From: a virus
Lineage: Duplodnaviria; Caudoviricetes
DNA: 64,000 nucleotides
Virus record (IMG/VR): IMGVR_UViG_3300021399_000098
Strand: one strand, 5' to 3'
The translations under genes and the position numbers were made by a program. The notes under the pieces were generated by a model that had not been told where the DNA came from, made no database searches, and worked only from the letters and a program-made list of their open reading frames with translations. Below, piece after piece: positions 48,297-56,069 of this stretch (the stretch's first letter is position 1; each line of letters opens with the position of its first letter).

Positions 48297-49380
48297 TCGA
48301 GTTTTTTTTATTACAATTATTTTCATGATACTTAAATGTGTAACCGTGATGTTGTTTAAATTTACCTTTTAAACACATTCTAACACATTTTAAATCAAAA
48401 TTCATTTTCAAACACATTTGAGATATTGATGAATAAGTTTCTATAAAATTTCCATCTAAATCTAATAAATCAACTCTATGTGACGTTTTGCTGTGTGTAT
48501 TTTCAGATAGCATGTTTTCAGAATGAGATACCCATTCTAAATTTTCAACTTTATTATTTTTAGTATTAGAATCCTTATGATTAACTTCTGTGCTCCCATT
48601 CAAATTTGGTATAAAAGTTTGTGCAACAAGTCTATGGACAAAATACTGCTTCCCATTCACGAATACCCTCATATATCCCAAAGTATTATCACTTCCATAA
48701 GTAATTCTTTCTCGTCCTCTCCATTGCATTTTAACTCTTCCTAAATCACTTATTTCAATATTCAAAAAAGGATGTTTTTTAAAAATTTCCCCATACAGTT
48801 CTTTGTCTTTAACATATTCCCACTTATATCCACAAGCACTTTTTGCTTCACCTCTGCAAGCTCTTCTTATATTTTCGTATGGACGTTTGTAATTATTAAT
48901 ACCCAATTCTTTTACTGCTTCTTTTGTTGAATCAAATACTCCAACAACGTTATTAAAAAAATCAGTACATTTAACCTTTATTTTTCTATTATTTGTTTTA
49001 TTCGGTTTCCTTTTATTTCTTGAATTAATATTGTTGGCATTATCTTTTTGAGATAGGTATCTCAAATTTGAAAGGTAATTATTTAAAGGATTTGAATCTA
49101 TATGGTCTACTGTTAGTTCTTTTTTAATACCGTAAAAACATTCACAAATAAATCTATGCACAAGCATAATATATCTTTTACCGCATTTGTATAGTGATAC
49201 AATTAATCTACCATTTTGTATTGGCACTTGTTTTCTAATCTTATTAGTTTTTGTTCTTCTAATTTTTCCTAAATTAGAACCTTCATATTCAGTAAAAAAT
49301 GGATGCTGTCTCCATATTTCGGTAAAACCATTTATTTTCACACTTTCTCCTTTTTTATGATTAATTTGAATTGTTTTCAC
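48277..49380 (-). mobile_element. HNH homing endonuclease with duplicated HNH-NUMOD1-like modules
   Basis: Two HNH sites: VHRFICECF...VDHIDSNPLNN...NL and VHRLVAQTF...VNHKDSNTKNN...NLEW. Each is followed by a NUMOD1-like segment (ACGYKWEY; HHGYTFKY). GTG start. Confidence 0.88.
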
Positions 49381-49862
49381 TATCTTTTGCCTTTTTCCTT
49401 CAACTTATTTTCATAAGCCTCCATAGCTTTCTGTCTGTTTTCCTTCCGCTTGTTGTGACAGTCCTCACATTCAGCATAAATCCAATAGTTCTCATTTATT
49501 GGCTTGTCAATGTGTTTTCCGCACACTTCACAAGTGTGATATGATTTCTCTTCGGCATCCCTAATCATCTGCCTAAGTTCATCATTATACTTGTTAACGT
49601 AGAAGCACAAATAACCAAATTTCTCTTTTATCTGGTGTATTTCAAACTTATCTTCATGTTCTTCGTTATACTTGTTAATGTAGTCTATGATTGGCTGATA
49701 CAATTCTTTCCATCCTTCACCACATTCAATACCAAAAAGCTCATAAGGCCATTGTGGAGTAAATCTCTCAGGATGTTCTTTTTTTTCAAGTTCCTTTTCC
49801 TTTCTGTACTTCTCAATTATTTTTTGCAATTCTTGCAATCTTTCTTTTTTAGTCTGTTCCAT
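49380..49862 (-). CDS. Phage hypothetical protein with a C-terminal Zn ribbon
   Basis: GIECGEGW...QIKEKFGYLCFY...CEVCG...CEDC. Confidence 0.75.
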   Translation of the reverse strand: MEQTKKERLQELQKIIEKYRKEKELEKKEHPERFTPQWPYELFGIECGEGWKELYQPIIDYINKYNEEHEDKFEIHQIKEKFGYLCFYVNKYNDELRQMIRDAEEKSYHTCEVCGKHIDKPINENYWIYAECEDCHNKRKENRQKAMEAYENKLKEKGKR

Positions 49863-49989
49863 TTTTGTATGTATTAACTACCAAATCTATTGCCTCACCT
49901 AGATACTTGGGGTCTACCATAGGAATGTCAGCGCCCCTTCTCCATTTGTTGTGATGCTCCAATAACATAAGTGCCTCTTGTACGTTCAT
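49849..49989 (-). CDS. 46-aa small protein (MNVQEALMLLEHHNKWRRGADIPMVDPKYLGEAID...)
   Basis: Manual translation; fills the gap between the ABC ATPase and the 160-aa gene with tight coupling. Confidence 0.7.
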   Translation of the reverse strand: MNVQEALMLLEHHNKWRRGADIPMVDPKYLGEAIDLVVNTYKNGTD

Positions 49990-49990
49990 T

Positions 49991-50701
49991 TTAATTGATT
50001 TTTATAGCATCGCTCAACACGTCATTTGGCATTACACTTTGATGTACCGAATAGTCCTTCCCATCCACATATTCCATCTTTTCCATTTCAACGTTTCCGT
50101 CTTCATCCTTATGGTTAAGATTGAACACATAGTCTGGCTGCAACCATTCAATAATGTCAAAATGACACGATGCAATTATTATCTTCAAATTGTTCTGTCT
50201 TATATATCTCTGCAATGCATAACTCATTGACTTTGCAACGTCTCTGTTCACAACCGATGTAAACTCATCCACATAGATTATTTGCCCCTTTCCAGTCTCG
50301 TAGATGGCTTTGCATAGGTCTAGCCTTGCTCTTTCACCATTTGATAATTCTTGAGGCTTACGAAGCCATGCAGGAACTGATGCAAGGCCAACTCCACATA
50401 GAAGGTCACATGCCTCTTCCTCTGTCAAATTGGGGAATTGGCTTATGACAGCCTTTTGATAATCATACTCTATAGGTTTAATATCACCTATTTCCCTTAA
50501 AATAGTGGATTTTCCGCTTCCACTCTTTCCACATATCAGCATTATATTCCATTCACTAGCATTCATTGCATCCATGTCTTCCTTTGATGGAATGGGAACT
50601 TCTGTCATCGTAAGTTCCTTATTCTGAATGTCATAGTTATCATATAGATACTGTGTGTAGTTATCATTTACGATTTTAGACTCTAATAGTATTTTTCCCA
50701 T
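49991..50701 (-). CDS. ABC-type ATPase (phage family usually fused to a GNAT domain)
   Basis: Walker A GKSGSGKST; signature LSNGERARL; Walker B YVDEFTS; H-loop ASCH; no transmembrane segments. Confidence 0.85.
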   Translation of the reverse strand: MGKILLESKIVNDNYTQYLYDNYDIQNKELTMTEVPIPSKEDMDAMNASEWNIMLICGKSGSGKSTILREIGDIKPIEYDYQKAVISQFPNLTEEEACDLLCGVGLASVPAWLRKPQELSNGERARLDLCKAIYETGKGQIIYVDEFTSVVNRDVAKSMSYALQRYIRQNNLKIIIASCHFDIIEWLQPDYVFNLNHKDEDGNVEMEKMEYVDGKDYSVHQSVMPNDVLSDAIKIN

Positions 50702-50721
50702 GTTAGAATTGTTATTTTTTG

Positions 50722-50753
50722 CAAATATATAAAAAATATGTTAAAATTCCAAA
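50722..50753 (-). promoter_or_regulatory. Bacteroidota-type promoter
   Basis: Minus strand TTTG-N20-TATATTTG. Confidence 0.78.
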
Positions 50754-50792
50754 AAAAAATGAGGAAATATTTCTATCTCCTCACTTTTTTTT
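50751..50792 (-). terminator. Intrinsic terminator after the recombinase gene
   Basis: Minus strand GTGAGGAGATA-gaaa-TATTTCCTCAT followed by a T-run. Confidence 0.75.
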
Positions 50793-51972
50793 AATCATCA
50801 CTGTCTTCTTCGCTAAATTCAATGTCAGATTCGTTAATATTTGTTCCTCCATCGTCCAATTTTGCCAATATATCCTTAATATATGTCTTTTTGTATTCCT
50901 CTAGTTTACTAGGACTTACTAGGCCGTTATGTACACATGACATTTCACCTTCATATGTTATATTCCAAGGTGTTGGCAGTTGATTCTTAGTTGTCCTAAT
51001 TTTTGTCGTAATACCATAGACATACTTAGAACCCTTTGCAGTTGCATCAAGTTTCTTTGTTGATGCCTTACCTATACCTCCAAGGTGAATAATCAGCCTA
51101 GCACCATAGAAGAACGTCTTACCGCCCTTTAATTCTATTGAAGGTACACCACCCATAGAATTCATTGAATCGTTCCATATTTTATTCACACAAAAGAATG
51201 TGTTTGTATATGGCTCACTTATCTTTTTTGAAGACGGAATTCTGTTGTTTATAATGTTACTGAAAGCTTGTGAAATAGCTCCTGCATCAAACATGTTATT
51301 TCCAGTCTTGCTTTCAAGAGACTTAAACGACTGTATTGAGCCTATTGAATCCCAAATGAAGCACATTGGATAAGGCATTTCTCCACTTTCTTGCTTGTCG
51401 AGGAATTCATTTATAGAATAAGCAATATCCTCAAGAACTGCTTGCTTACGCTTTACTTTGGACTCTTTGCCAGTGTTATAATCACGATTACCATATCTAT
51501 CTGCAAGCATCTTAGTGTCGAAATAGAAGAAATCACCTGTATAGTTGATGATTCTCTTTTCGGTGTGTGTTGTTATTTCGCCAGTTTCCTCATCAACATC
51601 CTCAACTTCAATATCACCGTATACTGGGGTTGCTTTTACTCCGCAATCAATTGCATACTTGAAATCAAAGTTATTTTCCGTTTCATATATGATTGGAATG
51701 ATACCATTGTTGATGCAAGACGCTATAAGACAGTTCTTAATGGTTGATTTACCTGTGTTAGACCATCCTGTTACAATGGTGAGATAACCCTTTGGTATTC
51801 CTGGCAATTTGACCGCATCAGAAAACGCTTGTGGCAGTGGTATGAAATCCATTTCCTTGTCGGCAACAGACTTGTCAAAGTCTGTGCTGTCTTTCATTGT
51901 AAGCTGAAATTTCTCTTTCAACTCACTAATGCTAGGTTTTTTAAATTCCTTTTTCTTGATTGGTTGTTTCAT
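50791..51972 (-). CDS. RecA/UvsX-like recombinase
   Basis: Walker A TGWSNTGKST; Walker B IWDSIGS; GGKTFFYGARL; KNQL. Start moved to ATG 51972, 2 nt after the tdk stop. Confidence 0.82.
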   Translation of the reverse strand: MKQPIKKKEFKKPSISELKEKFQLTMKDSTDFDKSVADKEMDFIPLPQAFSDAVKLPGIPKGYLTIVTGWSNTGKSTIKNCLIASCINNGIIPIIYETENNFDFKYAIDCGVKATPVYGDIEVEDVDEETGEITTHTEKRIINYTGDFFYFDTKMLADRYGNRDYNTGKESKVKRKQAVLEDIAYSINEFLDKQESGEMPYPMCFIWDSIGSIQSFKSLESKTGNNMFDAGAISQAFSNIINNRIPSSKKISEPYTNTFFCVNKIWNDSMNSMGGVPSIELKGGKTFFYGARLIIHLGGIGKASTKKLDATAKGSKYVYGITTKIRTTKNQLPTPWNITYEGEMSCVHNGLVSPSKLEEYKKTYIKDILAKLDDGGTNINESDIEFSEEDSDD

Positions 51973-51974
51973 AA

Positions 51975-52595
51975 CTATTCTGTTTTTTCTTTGTTTATTT
52001 TCTCTCTGATTTTTTCTTTCCAACACTTTCTACAAATGGCTCTGTACTTGTCGTTTCCACCTATCATTACTTGTGCACCTTCTGTGATTATATTGCCGTC
52101 CTCATCAAACCTTGCGTTTATTGACGTTTTCCTATCACCGCACTCACAAGTTGACTTTATTTCTTCGATGTCATCTGCAAGCTCAAAAAGACGTTTGGAA
52201 CTTGGGAATAACTTTGATTGGAAATCGGTTCTCAACCCAAAACACATCACATTGACATTCAAAAAGTCAACCACATCAGATAACTGGTCTACTTGGTCTT
52301 CCGTTAAAAATTGGCACTCATCTATTATAACCCATTTAAGTGTTTCAAACTGTAACGCTAGGACATTTCTGTATGCTTTAACTGCTTTATATAAATTAAC
52401 GTCTCGGTCAACCATTATACATTTGCGCTCAAGTCCTGCTCTAGAACGAATGATACCTTCCCCATCCCTTGTGTCCAATGATGGTTTGAAAACCATTATT
52501 TGTACACCTTTTTCCTCAAAGTTATAAGCTGTGCTCAATAACCTCAGTGTTTTGGCTGAAGCCATTGAGCCGTAATAGTAGAATAATTTACTCAT
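51975..52595 (-). CDS. tdk: Thymidine kinase
   Basis: YGSMASAKT; IIDECQFL; FGLRTDF; CECG; YRAICRKC. Confidence 0.95.
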   Translation of the reverse strand: MSKLFYYYGSMASAKTLRLLSTAYNFEEKGVQIMVFKPSLDTRDGEGIIRSRAGLERKCIMVDRDVNLYKAVKAYRNVLALQFETLKWVIIDECQFLTEDQVDQLSDVVDFLNVNVMCFGLRTDFQSKLFPSSKRLFELADDIEEIKSTCECGDRKTSINARFDEDGNIITEGAQVMIGGNDKYRAICRKCWKEKIREKINKEKTE

Positions 52596-52609
52596 ATCAA
52601 ATTACTTAA

Positions 52610-53611
52610 TTAGAATGGCAAATCATCATCTGCCTCATTTGCAGCCTCTTCCGCATCGTTGACGATTATCGTGCCTGAATTTGCAATCTTTGAAAAATCA
52701 GTAGTTTCTTCCTTCAATTCCTCTTCAACTCTTGCTTGTTCAGCCTCTTCCTTAATCTTATTCATTTCGTCTTTATCAACATATTTGTTAAGCTCCTTGT
52801 TGAAAATTGGAACTCCACCCATAGCGATAATTGTCATGTAATCATAAGACTTAACGGTGTACACGTCATACCACTTCTTCTCATCCTCAATCCATTTCAT
52901 GCCAAGGTCGTAGTCTTCCGTAAGTGGTGATGGCGAACCTGCGTCAAGAACTTGAATCGTTGTCTTACCATCAGTTGTCTTTGTTAACGTAATGTCAAGG
53001 TCAAGGCCATTATTAAGGTCGAAAATACTATAAACATTGCCTTTCTTGGCTGCACTAGCCGCACGTCTGTTTGCAAGGTTCATAATCTTGTCATACACAC
53101 CATCTTTCTTCTTTGAAGAATTGAAGAGCCAAAACTTAACACCGTCTTCCTCATGGTCACGTTCAATACAGCGCACAATCCACATTTCCTTAACCTTGTT
53201 AAGGAATTCAATATCACCGTACTTCTTCTTTGTTGGCTCATCCAAAGACTTTGACTTCAATTCCCTAGCCTTTGCTGACGTCTCACAGAATGGACAATTA
53301 TCTCCCATTGGAGAACCATCTTTCATGTTGTGAGTAGGGCACACAAAAGTCTTCCATCCACTAGATGAAACCTCCTTGTTAACCTTTACGGTATGCATAA
53401 AAACTTTCTTGAAAGGGCTACCACCTTCTGGGGAGAATGGTAACAGTCTGATTGTTAATGTTTTAGTAGCTTCATTATCACCAAGTCTTGCTTGTAGATA
53501 ATTTTTTTCATTAAATTGTGTTTTCTTAGGGGTAAATGCTTTTTGTTCTTCTTCGTACTGGTTTTTTACCTCTTCTGCGTCAATGTTGACACTAAAATTT
53601 TTGTTGTTCAT
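52610..53611 (-). CDS. Single-stranded DNA-binding protein (T4 gp32-like)
   Basis: IRLLPF; H...CP...CPFCE Zn site; IFDLNNGLDL; acidic tail ending DDDLPF. Confidence 0.85.
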   Translation of the reverse strand: MNNKNFSVNIDAEEVKNQYEEEQKAFTPKKTQFNEKNYLQARLGDNEATKTLTIRLLPFSPEGGSPFKKVFMHTVKVNKEVSSSGWKTFVCPTHNMKDGSPMGDNCPFCETSAKARELKSKSLDEPTKKKYGDIEFLNKVKEMWIVRCIERDHEEDGVKFWLFNSSKKKDGVYDKIMNLANRRAASAAKKGNVYSIFDLNNGLDLDITLTKTTDGKTTIQVLDAGSPSPLTEDYDLGMKWIEDEKKWYDVYTVKSYDYMTIIAMGGVPIFNKELNKYVDKDEMNKIKEEAEQARVEEELKEETTDFSKIANSGTIIVNDAEEAANEADDDLPF

Positions 53612-53673
53612 AAGTTAAATTGTTTAAAAAAATTATTTTAAATGTACGTCAAAACGTACTTAAATTGTTATTG

Positions 53674-53705
53674 CAAAAATATATAAAAAAAGTTAAAAAA
53701 ACAAA
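53674..53705 (-). promoter_or_regulatory. Bacteroidota-type promoter for SSB-tdk-recA
   Basis: Minus strand TTTG-N20-TATTTTTG. Confidence 0.75.
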
Positions 53706-53706
53706 T

Positions 53707-53742
53707 TTTTCCCCAACTATTTCCCTGAATAATTGGGGAAAA
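53707..53742 (-). terminator. Hairpin, probable terminator after the repeat protein gene
   Basis: TTTTCCCCAA...TTGGGGAAAA inverted repeat. Confidence 0.6.
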
Positions 53743-53751
53743 TATAAATCA

Positions 53752-54615
53752 TTATAATTTGAACAACTTCTCTAATGTCTGAATGTCATCGTCTTCAACT
53801 TTAAAGAAGGTGTTTGCTATATCATCATCTGGATTATCCACATCATCATTTGTAATCACATATTCCTTTGTTGTGGGTTCTGAGTTGTCAGAATATGCCT
53901 CATATCCACCTTGTTTTGCCTTTTCAGCCCAAAAATCATTAGGCTTTACGTTGAAAGGGTAAGAATCTAATGAACGAAGGTTCAGTTTTTCAGTCTGTGT
54001 AGGATTTCTCTTTTCAAACTCAGCTTTCAATGCTTCGATTTCGTTGTTATTGTCCTCTACTTTTGAAAGTAGATTTTTTATCGTGTCAATCAACGAATTC
54101 ATTCTAGCATCGACCTTTGCCAAATCCCTTCCTATGTGATTCTGCTTAACATTAAGTTTATCTTGCGCTTTTGTAAGCCCATCAATGTCAATAGTATCAC
54201 CATCTTCATCAGCAGATTCTTCTTCTCCCATAGGTGCTTCGGCCATTGGGTCAGCACCCATAGCATTTGGGTCTCCACCTGCCATTGGGTCAGCTCCTCC
54301 CATAGCGTTAGGGTCTCCACTAGCCATAGGGTCTGCGCCACCCATTGCATTTGGGTCTCCTCCCATAGCGTTAGGGTCTCCACCCATGCCACCATTTGGG
54401 TCTTGAGGCATACCACCACCCATTGCGTTAGGGTCTCCGCCAGCCATTGTATTTGGGTCTCCTCCCATAGCGTTAGGGTCTTGCATATCCTCACCAGCTT
54501 CTTCTAACTCTTCCTCTGGTAAGACGGTTGGTATATATGCCTCGCTGAGACGCATAAAATGTTTATGTGCCTCCAACAAGTTATTTTCCTTAAGATACTT
54601 AATGTTAGTTGCCAT
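53752..54615 (-). CDS. Acidic protein with GGDPNAM repeats and a coiled coil (possible head scaffold/internal protein)
   Basis: About ten DP(N/M)AM(G)G units, then the heptad segment LAKVDARMNSLIDTIKNLLSKVEDNNNEIEALKAEF. Confidence 0.7.
   Translation of the reverse strand: MATNIKYLKENNLLEAHKHFMRLSEAYIPTVLPEEELEEAGEDMQDPNAMGGDPNTMAGGDPNAMGGGMPQDPNGGMGGDPNAMGGDPNAMGGADPMASGDPNAMGGADPMAGGDPNAMGADPMAEAPMGEEESADEDGDTIDIDGLTKAQDKLNVKQNHIGRDLAKVDARMNSLIDTIKNLLSKVEDNNNEIEALKAEFEKRNPTQTEKLNLRSLDSYPFNVKPNDFWAEKAKQGGYEAYSDNSEPTTKEYVITNDDVDNPDDDIANTFFKVEDDDIQTLEKLFKL
54240..54485 (-). repeat. Intragenic imperfect tandem repeat (~21-nt unit encoding GGDPNAM)
   Basis: Repeated plus-strand cccat(a/t)gc(g/a)tt(a/t)gggtctcc units. 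Confidence 0.9.
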
Positions 54616-54622
54616 TTGTATA

Positions 54623-54937
54623 TTAATCGTTCAATAGTTCTTTATTATCTTCTGTCAAAATAGTTTTTGAACTCTCTGTCCTCTCAATAAGACCTTTATC
54701 CTTTTTGATTCTTTTAGTTCCGCTTGCAGCAGCACCGCTATTTAAAACTTCTTGTGCCATTGCTATTTTTTCGCTTGTTGTCATAACTTGTTCTTTTATA
54801 GTATCGTTATTTTTCTTGTCAGTAGTAGAAGGTACTTGTTTTGATTCTTCCTTTTTGCCGACTTCTTTCTTTTGAACATTAGAAAGACTTATCTGGGGCT
54901 TTCTATTGTCAATATGTTTCATTATAAACCTTCCCAT
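54623..54937 (-). CDS. Hypothetical protein (104 aa)
   Basis: ORF preceded by the ATATTTAT motif. Confidence 0.7.
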   Translation of the reverse strand: MGRFIMKHIDNRKPQISLSNVQKKEVGKKEESKQVPSTTDKKNNDTIKEQVMTTSEKIAMAQEVLNSGAAASGTKRIKKDKGLIERTESSKTILTEDNKELLND

Positions 54938-54970
54938 AATACTTATAATTTATTTACTATAAATATCTCC

Positions 54971-55378
54971 TTAGTTGAAAAATACGGATTTATCCTCTAT
55001 TTTGGACAAGTTTGACACAGAAAGTTCCCCATTGGTGAGAATAATAAGTTTGTCATGGTACTTATCCCAATCAACTAGATATTCATTATTAGGCTTTTCG
55101 GAATCTGAATTTTCCTTTTCGATAAGTTTATTGAGAGCATTAATAGAAAATAGACAGCCGTTCTTCACATGCATAACCGTTGCATTGTTTAGGTTCTTGA
55201 TGAACTTTTCCTTATCATAAGTCTTAAACGTAACTAGATATTCATATTTGTTAGTGTCTATGCTGTAAATGAATACCTTTTCCAAATTTACTTTGAATAC
55301 AAACTTAAGATTCTCAAGAAAAGACAGAATTTTGTTCTTTTTAACGAATGTTCCTATTATTATTCCATTTGTGCTCAT
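54971..55378 (-). CDS. Hypothetical protein (135 aa)
   Basis: ORF only. Confidence 0.7.
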   Translation of the reverse strand: MSTNGIIIGTFVKKNKILSFLENLKFVFKVNLEKVFIYSIDTNKYEYLVTFKTYDKEKFIKNLNNATVMHVKNGCLFSINALNKLIEKENSDSEKPNNEYLVDWDKYHDKLIILTNGELSVSNLSKIEDKSVFFN

Positions 55379-55387
55379 TTTTTCGTT

Positions 55388-55978
55388 TTATGTTGATATG
55401 AAATACGGAAGTGCGTACTTCTTATTTCCCAAGCGTCTGACTATTTTGAAAACAACCTTATCATTGTCTTCAATTACTATGTTGCTTGGGTTAGACTTTA
55501 TCTTTGACAAGACTTTATCCCTATGTATGCCACAATACTCTAGCATGGTTATAGAAACACCTAGAACACTGCCATCGTAAGGTATATACAAAATGTTATT
55601 ACTAATATAAATATTCTTTATTTCTTTAGAAAATATAATATTATATAATTTTTTTATTTTACTATACCTTAACTTACATATATCTATATAGATATAATTT
55701 ATTTTATTTAATATATTATTATATATAATATCATAGAACTTTTCCAAATCTTGTTCAAAGTCTGAACGGCTTTCACTCCTACTGAAAGTCCAATATACGC
55801 CATCACCCAAACTTCTGTCTAGTATGGACTTATAACCACTGTATTTCTTTGCATTTTTCCAACCTACAACTAAAATAGGTCTAGTGGAGTCAGCCAACGT
55901 AATGTCATTGACTTGCTCCACAAACCCATCTATTTTTGCAAGCTTCTTGTCCGTAACAATATAACCTAATGTCTTCAT
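55388..55978 (-). CDS. Hypothetical protein (196 aa)
   Basis: ORF with an upstream promoter. Confidence 0.7.
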   Translation of the reverse strand: MKTLGYIVTDKKLAKIDGFVEQVNDITLADSTRPILVVGWKNAKKYSGYKSILDRSLGDGVYWTFSRSESRSDFEQDLEKFYDIIYNNILNKINYIYIDICKLRYSKIKKLYNIIFSKEIKNIYISNNILYIPYDGSVLGVSITMLEYCGIHRDKVLSKIKSNPSNIVIEDNDKVVFKIVRRLGNKKYALPYFIST

Positions 55979-55995
55979 AAAATGTTATTTGTTTG

Positions 55996-56027
55996 CAAAT
56001 ATATATAAAAAAAGTTAAAAAAACAAA
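55996..56027 (-). promoter_or_regulatory. Bacteroidota-type promoter
   Basis: Minus strand TTTG-N20-TATATTTG. Confidence 0.78.
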
Positions 56028-56069
56028 TTTTATACCATTAGAGCTAATTTTATGTCACTTAGTTTACTG

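Noticed and set aside
51829-52527. 232-aa plus-strand ORF and the many other short antisense ORFs in the track (e.g. 54132..54494, 31216..31536)
   Set aside because: They are shadows of well-supported genes on the opposite strand or in another frame, with no motifs or promoters of their own.
54240-54485. Possible second CRISPR array or DGR repeat
   Set aside because: In-frame coding repeat with synonymous variation and no unique spacers; no reverse transcriptase in the window.
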